64,000 nucleotides of DNA. Origin: Thermoplasmata archaeon. GTDB taxonomy: Archaea; Thermoplasmatota; Thermoplasmata; Lutacidiplasmatales; UBA184. Positions 50,972 through 59,724 of the stretch are shown here, one piece after another (position 1 is the stretch's first letter; each line of letters opens with the position of its first letter). The notes beneath the pieces were generated by a model, which saw nothing but the letters and a program-made list of their open reading frames with translations, did no database searches and was not told where the DNA came from. Both the position numbers and the translations under genes were made by a program. The stretch is taken from the NCBI GenBank assembly GCA_035625165.1, contig DASPQC010000003.1:2101-66100 (forward strand). Direction: 5' to 3'.

Positions 50972-51589
50972 TCACGGGGTTTGGGGGATCTCCCCGGCCC
51001 AAGGGCGCGCGAGGAAGCGTTCCAGCCGGTCGCGGATGGTCGGCCACTCGCTCGCGAGGACACTATAGTAGACGGAGGACCGCATCGTCCCGTCCTTCAG
51101 CCGGATGTGCTCCCGGAGCACTCCCTCGCGTACGGCCCCCAGTCGCTCGATCGAGACCGCCGACCGGACGTTGCGAATGTCGGTCTTGAGCTGGACGCGA
51201 TGGGCTCCCTCGCCCTCGAAAGCGTGACGAAAGGCGAGGAGTTTGATCTCGGTGTTGATCGGCGTGCGCCACCACGGTCGCCCGATCCACGTTCCGAGTT
51301 CGACCGACTCGTTCGGTCGGTCGATCTCGAGGTAGCGAAAGACCCCGATCGGGATCCCGTTCGACGCGAGTCGGACGGTGAACGGGAGCAGCTTTCCCGC
51401 GGCCTGTAGGGCGAGGAGCTGCTCGACCACCGGGGTCATCTCCTCGACCGTACGGCCCGGCCCGATGCGGAGGACGCGCCAGACCTCCGGGTCCTTGCAC
51501 GCGGAGGCGAGCCCGGCGATGTCGGCCCGGTCGAGCGGGTCCAGCGTCACGTACCGTCCTCGGAGCGACACCGGGGGCCGGAACGCCAT
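50972..51589 (-). CDS. GNAT (RimJ/RimL-like) N-acetyltransferase, copy 1
   Basis: Start set at MAFRPPVSLRGRYVTLDPLD. Contains FRHAFEGEGAHRVQLKTDIRNVRS...LGAVREGVLREH. Confidence 0.78.
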   Translation of the reverse strand: MAFRPPVSLRGRYVTLDPLDRADIAGLASACKDPEVWRVLRIGPGRTVEEMTPVVEQLLALQAAGKLLPFTVRLASNGIPIGVFRYLEIDRPNESVELGTWIGRPWWRTPINTEIKLLAFRHAFEGEGAHRVQLKTDIRNVRSAVSIERLGAVREGVLREHIRLKDGTMRSSVYYSVLASEWPTIRDRLERFLARPWAGEIPQTP

Positions 51590-51594
51590 CGGGC

Positions 51595-52215
51595 TCACGG
51601 CGTCCCCCGGGCCGGCGCGGTCCACGGCTGCCGGATCTTCGCCTCGAGCCGCGCCCGCACCTCTGGCCATTCGCCCGCGAGCACGCTGAAGTAGATCGAC
51701 GACCGGTAGAATCCGTCGCGCCGTTTGAGGTGCTCCCGCATCTCCGCCTCGCGGATCGCCCCCAAGGCGGCGATCGCCCGTTGCGAGCGGACGTTCCGGG
51801 CATCGGTGCGCAGCCACACGCGATGCGCTCCCTCGACCTCGAAGGCGTGCCGGAACATGAGCCACTTCGCCTCGGTGTTGACCGGCGAGCCCCAGTAGAC
51901 CGGATCGAGCCAGCTCCCGCCGATCTCGACTGCGCCGTTGTCGCGGTCGATCTCCATGAACCGCGTCATTCCGATTGGGGTTCGGTCGGGCAGACGGGTC
52001 GTGGTGAAGGCCAGGTCGACGCCCGACGCTTGCCGGCCGAGGACCGTCGTGATCATCTCGTCGAACTCGGGGCGCGTTTCCCCGGGTCCAAGCAGCATGT
52101 AGCGGCCCACCTCCGGGTCACGCGACGCCCGCCAGAGCGCCTCCGAGTGTGCTCGGTCGAGCGGGAGCAGCGCGACCCGCCCCCCCATGAGTGAGACGGG
52201 CGGACGGAACTCCAT
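51595..52215 (-). CDS. GNAT (RimJ/RimL-like) N-acetyltransferase, copy 2 (tandem paralogue)
   Basis: MEFRPPVSLMGGRVALLPLD...FRHAFEVEGAHRVWLRTDARNVRS. About half of the positions are identical to copy 1 by eye. Alternative starts at 52224 and 52245. Confidence 0.75.
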   Translation of the reverse strand: MEFRPPVSLMGGRVALLPLDRAHSEALWRASRDPEVGRYMLLGPGETRPEFDEMITTVLGRQASGVDLAFTTTRLPDRTPIGMTRFMEIDRDNGAVEIGGSWLDPVYWGSPVNTEAKWLMFRHAFEVEGAHRVWLRTDARNVRSQRAIAALGAIREAEMREHLKRRDGFYRSSIYFSVLAGEWPEVRARLEAKIRQPWTAPARGTP

Positions 52216-52291
52216 TCGGCCCATCGCGGCGGGGACCCGAGGCAACTCCTTAAGCTTCGAGGGCCGCCGGACGGATTTGTCCCGAATGAGG

Positions 52292-52299
52292 TTAAATAA
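52292..52299 (+). promoter_or_regulatory. TATA-like box (TTAAATAA) for the nuo operon
   Basis: The only AT-rich octamer in the 52216-52346 gap. GAGGTG lies 7 nt before ATG 52347. Confidence 0.4.
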
Positions 52300-52346
52300 C
52301 GCCGGCGGGTCTCATCGACACTAATCCCCGCCTCGAGGTGGAAACG

Positions 52347-52712
52347 ATGGAAGCAGGGGTCACTACGTTCCTCGTCTTCGTGGTGGTCGCCGCCATCTTT
52401 GGCGGGGGTTCGCTCGCCGCGAACCACTGGATCGGGGCGCGGCGACGGCAGTCGTACCTCCAGCTCACGACCTACGAGTGCGGCGAAGAGGCCGAAGGGG
52501 AGGCTCAGATCGATTTCCCAACCCAGCACTACACGTTCGCGATCGTCTTCGTCGCGGTCGACATCTTGGGCTTCCTCCTCGCGCTCTGGGCCCTCACGTT
52601 CCGCGCGGCGAACTCCGCCTGGTACCCCGTGTTCATCGCGGCCGGCTTCACCGCGCTCGCCATCACGGGCATCTACTACGCGCTGAGCGGCGAGAAGAGG
52701 TGGGTGGTGTGA
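52347..52712 (+). CDS. nuoA: NADH:quinone oxidoreductase (complex I-like) subunit A
   Basis: Three TM spans, YECGEE motif. First gene of the cluster. Alternative GTG start at 52338. Confidence 0.85.
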   Translation: MEAGVTTFLVFVVVAAIFGGGSLAANHWIGARRRQSYLQLTTYECGEEAEGEAQIDFPTQHYTFAIVFVAVDILGFLLALWALTFRAANSAWYPVFIAAGFTALAITGIYYALSGEKRWVV

Positions 52713-53326
52713 CGACACCGGCCTCCGCCACGTCGCCGCCCAAGTCCTCCGCCGGGGAGCTCGCGCTGGGGAAAGAGCTCCCGATGGCCGGGCAACCCGC
52801 GGTCCCGTTCCTCGAGATCGAGGCGCTCCGGTCGAAGGAGTTCATCCCGGCGGCCAAGGAGGCGCTCTCGTCGCTCCTCGCCGAGCAGGGCAACGCGAAG
52901 GTGGTCGACCCCTTGTTCAACTGGGCCGGGAGGAACTCCCTCTTCCCGCTCCACTGGGGGCTCGCCTGCTGCGCGATCGAGTTCGCCGCCGCGTTCGGCG
53001 CCCGCTGGGATGCGGAGCGGTTCGGAGTCGTCCCGCGCTCTTCGCCCCGCCAATGCGACCTCATGATCGTCAACGGGACGGTGACGTGGAAGGTCGCGCA
53101 CAAGCTGATCACGCTCTACGAGCAGATCCCCGAGCCGAAGTGGGTCATCGCGATGGGCAACTGCGCGACCGGCGGGGGGCCGTTCCGAACCGCCTACTCG
53201 GTCGTGCCGGGGGTCGACAAGCTCGTCCCCGTCGACGTCTACATCGCCGGGTGCCCACCCCGGCCGGAGGCGATGCTGGACGGCATCCTCCGACTCGAGA
53301 ACCTCATCCGGGAGCGCAAGGAGTGA
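52709..53326 (+). CDS. nuoB: Complex I-like subunit B (N2 Fe-S subunit)
   Basis: GLACCAIEF, ...[20 protein letters not shown] cluster-N2 cysteines. GTG 52709 overlaps the nuoA stop. The N-terminal ~45 aa are uncertain. Confidence 0.88.
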   Translation: MTTPASATSPPKSSAGELALGKELPMAGQPAVPFLEIEALRSKEFIPAAKEALSSLLAEQGNAKVVDPLFNWAGRNSLFPLHWGLACCAIEFAAAFGARWDAERFGVVPRSSPRQCDLMIVNGTVTWKVAHKLITLYEQIPEPKWVIAMGNCATGGGPFRTAYSVVPGVDKLVPVDVYIAGCPPRPEAMLDGILRLENLIRERKE

Positions 53327-53363
53327 CCCCTTCCCGGAGGAATGGCACCGCACGGAGGCAAGC

Positions 53364-53840
53364 GTGGAACCGAGCGACCTCGAGCGGGCCCTCGCCCCCC
53401 GCGTCGGTGAACGCCTGATCGGAGTCGAACCGTTCGAGGGCACCGCCGGGCGCGTGCGCTTCCGACGGGAGGGAGCGGTCGACGCCTTCCGCACGATGCG
53501 GGACGAGCTCGGGTTCTCCCACCTCTCCATGGTCGGTGCGATCGACTGGGTCGACCATCGCGAGGTCTTCTACGTCGTCTGGTCGGACGAAGCGAAGCAG
53601 TACGCCTTCCTTTCCACGGACGTCCCGGCCGACGACCCGCGCGTCGAGACGGCCTCCGAGGTCTGGCCGAGCGCGAACTGGCACGAGCGGGAGGCGTGGG
53701 AGCTGGTCGGCATCACCTTCGACCACCACCCGGACCTACGGCATCTTCTGACGCCGGACGGGTACGCTTTCCACCCGCTCCTGCGGTCGTTCAAGATCCA
53801 CGAGCCCGAGGAGCTGGAGGTGAAGTCGCGCCGTGTCTGA
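53364..53840 (+). CDS. nuoC: Complex I-like subunit C
   Basis: SANWHEREAWELVGITFDHHPDLRHLL is the NuoC signature region. Confidence 0.88.
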   Translation: MEPSDLERALAPRVGERLIGVEPFEGTAGRVRFRREGAVDAFRTMRDELGFSHLSMVGAIDWVDHREVFYVVWSDEAKQYAFLSTDVPADDPRVETASEVWPSANWHEREAWELVGITFDHHPDLRHLLTPDGYAFHPLLRSFKIHEPEELEVKSRRV

Positions 53841-54978
53841 GATGTGGATCAACATGGGGCCCCAGCACCCCATGACGCACGGCCTCTGGAACCTCCGGGT
53901 CCACATCGACGGCGAAGTGGTGCTGGACGTCGACCCCGAGATGGGCTACCTCCACCGCGGGATCGAGAAGATCAGCGAGGACCGCCACTACAACGAGGTC
54001 GTGACACTGATGGACCGGACGTGCTACGTCGCGGGTCTCGCCTGGGAGCATCTCTACGTCCTCGCCTCGGAACGGGCGCTCCACATCGACCCGCCGGAGC
54101 GGGCCGAGTACATCCGCACGATGTGCGACGAGTTCCAGCGGATCGGCTCGCACATCATGTGGTACGCTGCGTTCGTCCAGGACATCGGCCTGATGAGCCC
54201 GTTCCTCTACGGGATGCGCGACCGCGACCTGATCCTCGACCTGTTCCAGAGCTACACCGGCGCGCGCATGACCTACGAGTACATGCGGGTGGGCGGCGTG
54301 CGGAACGACCTCCCGCCCGGGTTCACGGACCGGGCCCGGAAGGTCCTTGACTGGCTCGTCGACCGCTTCGTCGAGTACGACCAGCTGTGCCTCGGGTCGG
54401 CGATCTTCCACAAGCGGTGCGACGGGCTAGGGATCTTGAAGGCCGACGACTGCGTCACGCACGGAGTTACCGGCCCGATGCTCAGGTCCGCCGGGCTGAA
54501 GCGCGACCTGCGCAAGGACCGGCCGTACTCCGTCTACGACCAGTTGGAGTTCGATGTCGCGCTCGCGGACACCGCGGACGTCACCGGGCGCTACCTCGTG
54601 CGCATGGAGGAGATGCGCCAGTCGGTCCGCATCCTCCGGCAGGTGCTCGACTGGCTCGACCGCCATCCCGGCCCGGTCATGGCGGACAGCCTTCCGCGAT
54701 GGCTCGGCGCCCCGTACGCGCCGGTCGGCAAGGAGGGCTACCTCCTCAAGAGGAACTACCCGAAGGGCGTCGGGTTCTCGTCGGTCGAGGAGCCCCACGG
54801 GGAAGCTCAGGCCTACGTCGTGAACGAGGGCACCGAGCATCCCTACCGAGTGAAGTTCCGGTCCCCGGTGTTCGCCAACGTCAGCGCGGCGCGCCAGTAC
54901 CTGGTCGGCTACCGCGTCGCGGACATCCCCCCGATCATGGGAAGCGTCGACGTCTGCATCGGCGAGGTCGACCGCTGA
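53833..54978 (+). CDS. nuoD: Complex I-like subunit D
   Basis: NMGPQHPMTHG, YLHRGIEK, MDRTCYV, ...GSVDVCIGEVDR. Alternative ATG start at 53842. Confidence 0.92.
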   Translation: MSEMWINMGPQHPMTHGLWNLRVHIDGEVVLDVDPEMGYLHRGIEKISEDRHYNEVVTLMDRTCYVAGLAWEHLYVLASERALHIDPPERAEYIRTMCDEFQRIGSHIMWYAAFVQDIGLMSPFLYGMRDRDLILDLFQSYTGARMTYEYMRVGGVRNDLPPGFTDRARKVLDWLVDRFVEYDQLCLGSAIFHKRCDGLGILKADDCVTHGVTGPMLRSAGLKRDLRKDRPYSVYDQLEFDVALADTADVTGRYLVRMEEMRQSVRILRQVLDWLDRHPGPVMADSLPRWLGAPYAPVGKEGYLLKRNYPKGVGFSSVEEPHGEAQAYVVNEGTEHPYRVKFRSPVFANVSAARQYLVGYRVADIPPIMGSVDVCIGEVDR

Positions 54979-54990
54979 GGGGGATATCGA

Positions 54991-56121
54991 ATGTCGAGCT
55001 ACACGCTCTACTCGGTCTCCGACCTCCTCTCCGTCACGATCCTCGGGGCCATCGGCTCGATCTTCCCGCAGCCGGTGCGTGGATGGATCACCTACCCGGC
55101 CTTCGAGACGACCATTGCGGTACTGATCTTCGCAGCGATCCTCCTCGCGGCGAGCATGCTCAACACGATCTTCCTGATCTGGGTCGAGCGGAAGCTCCTC
55201 GGCCGGATCATGGACCGGCGTGGCGCGATGCACGTCGGCTACGCCGGGCTCCTCCAGAACTTCGCCGACGGGTTCAAGCTGTTCCGCAAGGACACGGTCC
55301 GTCCGCGCGAGGCCGACCCCCTCGGATTCTGGTCCGGCCCGACCGTCTACATGGTCACGTCCATCATCCTCTTCGGAATCCTGCCGTTCTCGTCGGGCTG
55401 GAACTCGGGGGCCCTCCCGCTCACCCTCCTCCTCGCCCTCGCGATCTTCTCGTTCGCCCCCCTCTTCATTTTCATCAGCGCCTGGTCGAGCAACAACAAG
55501 TACTCGCTGATGGGCGGGATGCGCTCCGCCGCCCAGATGATCGCCTACGAGGTGCCGATCCTCCTCGCGGTCGTGGCGGTCGTCATCGTCGCGGGGAGCT
55601 TCGACCTCACGACCATCGTCACGGAGCAGCAGAACTACTGGTTCTGGATCCCGCTCTTCCTCGCGCTCATCGTGTTCGTCACCGGGATGCTCGCGGAGAT
55701 GGAGCGGATCCCGTTCGACCTGCCCGAGGCGGAAGCCGAGCTGGTCGAGGGGTGGAACACGGAGTACGGTGGGATGCTGTTCGCCTTCTTCATGTTCACC
55801 GACTACCTCCGCGCCCTGGTCGGGAGCGTGCTGGTGGTGCTCCTGTTCCTCGGGGGATGGACGATGCCGTCGTGGATCCCGAGCGCACTGACCACCTTCC
55901 CGCTCGCCGGGATCTTCTGGTTCGTCCTCAAGACCTACATCGTCTTCGCGGTGTTCGTCTGGATCCGGGCCTCGCTCCCCCGGGTACGGACCGACCAGCT
56001 GCTCCGCGTCGGCTGGAACCGGATGATTCCGCTCTCGTTGCTCGCGGTCTTCCTCGCGGCGGTGCTGGTGACCGTGAAGTGCCTCCCGGGAATCGGCTGC
56101 GTGCCGTCCGTCGGGGTGTAG
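54991..56121 (+). CDS. nuoH: Complex I-like subunit H
   Basis: WVERKLLGRIMDRRG, LLQNFADGFKLF, PFDLPEAEAELVEGWNTEYGG. Confidence 0.92.
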   Translation: MSSYTLYSVSDLLSVTILGAIGSIFPQPVRGWITYPAFETTIAVLIFAAILLAASMLNTIFLIWVERKLLGRIMDRRGAMHVGYAGLLQNFADGFKLFRKDTVRPREADPLGFWSGPTVYMVTSIILFGILPFSSGWNSGALPLTLLLALAIFSFAPLFIFISAWSSNNKYSLMGGMRSAAQMIAYEVPILLAVVAVVIVAGSFDLTTIVTEQQNYWFWIPLFLALIVFVTGMLAEMERIPFDLPEAEAELVEGWNTEYGGMLFAFFMFTDYLRALVGSVLVVLLFLGGWTMPSWIPSALTTFPLAGIFWFVLKTYIVFAVFVWIRASLPRVRTDQLLRVGWNRMIPLSLLAVFLAAVLVTVKCLPGIGCVPSVGV

Positions 56122-56137
56122 GAGGGTCGATCGTTCG

Positions 56138-56917
56138 ATGGCGAGCGAAGTGAACGCCAAGGAAAAGCCGAACGAGAACCCGATCCTCTGGGTCGCCCGC
56201 CCGATGGCCACCGCCGCCCGACAGTTCGCCCGGAGCCTCGTGCGACCCTCCACCATCGTCTTCCCCTACGAGCGGCTCGAGGACCCGAAGTTCCGCGAGC
56301 GGGTCGGGGTCGCCTCCGGCCGACCGATCGGCGTCGGTCCGGTCTGGGACAACTATCGGGGCGTCCACGCGCTCAACATCGCCACCTGCATCAGCTGCAA
56401 CCTCTGCCAGTTCTCCTGCCCGGACCTGTGCATCGACATGGTCACGGTGCCCGGCGGCGACCCGAAGCACCCGAAGAAGTGCCCCCAGATCGACTACGGG
56501 AAATGCAGCTACTGCGGCTTCTGCTCGGACGCCTGCCCCGAGGGGTGCCTCACCATGACGACCCGCTACGAGCTTTCGGTGACGAAGCGGTCCGACATGG
56601 TCTACTCGCCCGAACGCCTCTACCAGAACTTCCACTCGAAGCTCCCGATGAACCCGATCCGGCTCGCGCGGCCGGCGAACGAGGACGCGATCCTCCTCGA
56701 CCCGCCGCTGTGCATCGGATGCAACGCCTGCGCGCGTGACTGCCCCACGCAGTGCATCACGATGCTCGACATCCCGAAGCCTGAGGCGAAACCCGGCGAG
56801 AAGGTCCCGAAGCGGATCTGGAAGGAGCCGGTCGTCAACGACTCGGACTGCGTGCGCTGCGGTACCTGCATCAGCGTCTGTCCCAAAGAGTGCCTCTTCT
56901 GGGGGACTCGCAAGTGA
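56138..56917 (+). CDS. nuoI: Complex I-like subunit I with an extra C-terminal 2x[4Fe-4S] ferredoxin module (four CxxCxxCxxxCP motifs)
   Basis: CISCNLCQFSCP and CSYCGFCSDACP form the canonical NuoI pair. CIGCNACARDCP and CVRCGTCISVCP are additional. 259 aa. Confidence 0.88.
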   Translation: MASEVNAKEKPNENPILWVARPMATAARQFARSLVRPSTIVFPYERLEDPKFRERVGVASGRPIGVGPVWDNYRGVHALNIATCISCNLCQFSCPDLCIDMVTVPGGDPKHPKKCPQIDYGKCSYCGFCSDACPEGCLTMTTRYELSVTKRSDMVYSPERLYQNFHSKLPMNPIRLARPANEDAILLDPPLCIGCNACARDCPTQCITMLDIPKPEAKPGEKVPKRIWKEPVVNDSDCVRCGTCISVCPKECLFWGTRK

Positions 56918-57402
56918 GCGTCGAGGAACTCGCATTCCTGGCCCTCGCCGGGGTCGCCCTCGTCACCGGCGTTGCCGCCCTGCTCGTGCGGGAGCTCGTC
57001 CACACCATCCTGTGGATCGCCCTCTTCTTCATCGACCTCGCGGCGATCTACTTCCTGCTCTCGGCCCCGTTCCTGGGGGTCCTCCAGCTCGGCGTCTACG
57101 CGGGAGCGGTCACCGTCCTCCTCCTCTTCGGCGTCATGGTCACGCGGAAGCGGATCTTCTCTCGCGAGGCGGCGACGGGCCTGGGGGCGGTCCCGCTCGC
57201 GCTCGCGGTGGTGACGTTCATCTTCGTGGTCGCGACCGTCGGGGAATTCCCGCAGGGACAGCTCCCCGTCCGCTCGGTCGACCCCTCCGCCCTCTCGGAG
57301 GCGCTGTTCGGTACGTACGGGCCGTGGCTGCTGCTGCTCGGCCTCGTGATGCTGAGCGCGGTCTCGGGGGCGATCTACCTCGTCCGGGAGGGCCGAGAAT
57401 GA
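56914..57402 (+). CDS. nuoJ: Complex I-like subunit J
   Basis: About five TM spans, YAGAVTVLLLFGVMV. GTG 56914 overlaps the nuoI stop (GTGA). The track start is 56890. Confidence 0.85.
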   Translation: MSVEELAFLALAGVALVTGVAALLVRELVHTILWIALFFIDLAAIYFLLSAPFLGVLQLGVYAGAVTVLLLFGVMVTRKRIFSREAATGLGAVPLALAVVTFIFVVATVGEFPQGQLPVRSVDPSALSEALFGTYGPWLLLLGLVMLSAVSGAIYLVREGRE

Positions 57403-57716
57403 CGGCCCTGCCCATCGTCGGGTTCCTCGCGCTCTCCGCCGCCTTGGTCGCGGTCGGCCTTTTCGGGATTCTGACCCGCCGGAACTTCATCCTGCTGCTG
57501 ATCGCGATCGAGATCGCCATGAGCGCGGCGATCCTGAACTTCGTCTACTTCGCCGCGTTCGAAGGCGGGCCGGTCGCAGTGATGGGCCAGTCGATCGCGA
57601 TCGTCGTGATCGGCTTCGCCGCCACCGAGGTGGCGGTCGGCCTGGGGATCGTCCTCGCGCTCAACCGCGTCCGCCGATCGATCAACGTCGCCGAGGCGAA
57701 CGAGCTCAAGCTCTGA
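57399..57716 (+). CDS. nuoK: Complex I-like subunit K
   Basis: MTALPIVGFLALSAALVAVGLFGIL..., three TM spans, conserved Glu in TM2/3 (IEIAMSAA, ATEVAVG). ATGA overlap with the nuoJ stop. Confidence 0.88.
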   Translation: MTALPIVGFLALSAALVAVGLFGILTRRNFILLLIAIEIAMSAAILNFVYFAAFEGGPVAVMGQSIAIVVIGFAATEVAVGLGIVLALNRVRRSINVAEANELKL

Positions 57717-57725
57717 GGGAGGACG

Positions 57726-59723
57726 ATGAGCGTTCTCAACGGGCTGTTCGGCTACGCCTTCCTCGTCCCCCTCCTGATGGTCCTGTCGTTCGTCATCGTC
57801 GGCCTCGGCGGGACGCGGATGAAGCGCCTCGAGTGGGGCGGCTGGGTTGCGGTCGCCTTCTCAGGCGCGGCGATGGTCGTGGGGGTGCTGATCGGCGCCG
57901 GCGAGATGATGTCGCCGGGCTCGTGGACCAACGTCCAGTACACTTGGTTCACCCTCCCCGGGGCAGGCCCGTTCCCGAACGGCTTCACGCTCGTGGTCGG
58001 GACCCTGGTCGACCCGATCTCCGCGTTGATGCTGATCGTCGTGACGGTGGTCGGCTTCCTCGTGATGCTCTACTCGATCGAGTACATGCACCACGACCGC
58101 GGCCTGCCGCGGTACTACTCGGAGCTCTCGCTGTTCCTCGCCGCGATGAACGGCCTCGTCATCTCGAACAACCTGCTCGAGTTCTTCCTCTTCTGGGAGC
58201 TGGTCGGCCTCTGCTCCTACTTCTTGATCGGCTTCTACTACGAGAAGCCGAGCGCCTCGAGCGCCGCGAAGGAGGCGTTCCTGGTCACGCGCGTCGGCGA
58301 CGTGATGTTCCTCCTCGGGATCTTCATCCTCTTCTCCACCTACGCGACCGCCGGTCCGCTGGGCTCCGGCGGCTGGGCCGCGAACGGGTTCGTCTTCGCG
58401 AACGGCTCCCAGCCGTTCCTCGCCGGCGCGACCGCGAACTCGACCACCCTCACCGTCGCCGGGATCATGATCCTCGGCGGGGCCGCGGGAAAGAGCGCGC
58501 AGTTCCCGCTCCACGTCTGGTTGCCGGACGCGATGGAGGGCCCGACCACCGTCTCCGCGCTCATCCACGCCGCGACCATGGTCGCCGCGGGTGTCTACCT
58601 CCTCGCGGTCACCTCCGTCTTCATCGGGTTCACGTCGTTCGTGAGTCTCGTCATCGTCGGCATCGGCGGGTTCACGGCCTTCTTCGCGGCGACCATGGCG
58701 GTCGTCCACCCGGACATCAAGCGCGTGATCGCCTACTCGACCGTGAGCCAGCTCGGCTACATGGTGCTCGCCGTCGGCGCCGGGTTCACGATGGTCGGGC
58801 TCTACCACCTCTTCACCCACGCGTTCTTCAAGGCGCTCCTCTTCCTCGCCGCCGGCTCGGTCATCCACGCCATCGGCACCCAGGACCTGTTCAAGATGGG
58901 CGGGCTCCGACGCGCGATGCCGCTCACGGCGACCGCCTTCGCGGTCGGGGGGCTCGCGCTGTCCGGGATTCCCCCGTTCGCCGGATTCTGGTCGAAGGAC
59001 GATATCCTCGCCTCCGTCTACTCCCAGCTTGGCGCCCATCCGGCGTACTGGCCGTTCTTCCTGCTCGCCTTTGCGGCGGTCTTCCTCACGGCCTACTACA
59101 TCTTCCGCGCCTGGTTCCTCGCCTTTTCCGGGGAGAAGACCCGCGACCCGACCCTCCCGCACCCCCACGAGGGCCCGTGGGTGATGCAGGTGCCGCTCAT
59201 CGTCCTCTCAGCGTTCGCGGTCGGCGCCGGCCTCTTCGTCTTCTGGCCCAACTTCCAGGGCCTCCTCTTCCACGGCTACGGAGTGGGCGGCATCCCGCCG
59301 ACGTACGGGACCACCGACCTCCTCCTCTCGGCCGTCAGCGTCGGCCTCGCGGGCAGCGGCATCGGCGTCGCCTGGCTCCTCTGGGGGAACGGCCGGGTCG
59401 TCGACCTCCCCTCCACAAGCGCCGCCCAGCCGGTGCGACGGCTCCTCCTCAACCGGTACTACTTCAAAGTCACCTACGACTGGATCGGGGCGAAGGGCGT
59501 CTACACGGTCGCCCGCGCCGCGGACTTCTTCGACCAGTACGTGATCGACGGCACGGTCCACGGCTTCGAGCGAGGATTCGCCTGGACGAGCGACCGCCTG
59601 CGTCGGATCCAGTCGGGAGTCGTCTCCGATTACGCGGCCTACGTGGTCGCGGGCCTCCTGGCGCTGTTCGTGCTGCTGCTCGTCGTCGCGCCCTACGTCG
59701 TCGCCCACTTTGGAGGTACGTAG
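57726..59723 (+). CDS. nuoL: Complex I-like subunit L (antiporter-like)
   Basis: FWELVGLCSYFLIGF, GKSAQFPLHVWLPDAMEGPT, and a long C-terminal lateral helix region. 665 aa. Confidence 0.92.
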   Translation: MSVLNGLFGYAFLVPLLMVLSFVIVGLGGTRMKRLEWGGWVAVAFSGAAMVVGVLIGAGEMMSPGSWTNVQYTWFTLPGAGPFPNGFTLVVGTLVDPISALMLIVVTVVGFLVMLYSIEYMHHDRGLPRYYSELSLFLAAMNGLVISNNLLEFFLFWELVGLCSYFLIGFYYEKPSASSAAKEAFLVTRVGDVMFLLGIFILFSTYATAGPLGSGGWAANGFVFANGSQPFLAGATANSTTLTVAGIMILGGAAGKSAQFPLHVWLPDAMEGPTTVSALIHAATMVAAGVYLLAVTSVFIGFTSFVSLVIVGIGGFTAFFAATMAVVHPDIKRVIAYSTVSQLGYMVLAVGAGFTMVGLYHLFTHAFFKALLFLAAGSVIHAIGTQDLFKMGGLRRAMPLTATAFAVGGLALSGIPPFAGFWSKDDILASVYSQLGAHPAYWPFFLLAFAAVFLTAYYIFRAWFLAFSGEKTRDPTLPHPHEGPWVMQVPLIVLSAFAVGAGLFVFWPNFQGLLFHGYGVGGIPPTYGTTDLLLSAVSVGLAGSGIGVAWLLWGNGRVVDLPSTSAAQPVRRLLLNRYYFKVTYDWIGAKGVYTVARAADFFDQYVIDGTVHGFERGFAWTSDRLRRIQSGVVSDYAAYVVAGLLALFVLLLVVAPYVVAHFGGT

Positions 59724-59724
59724 G

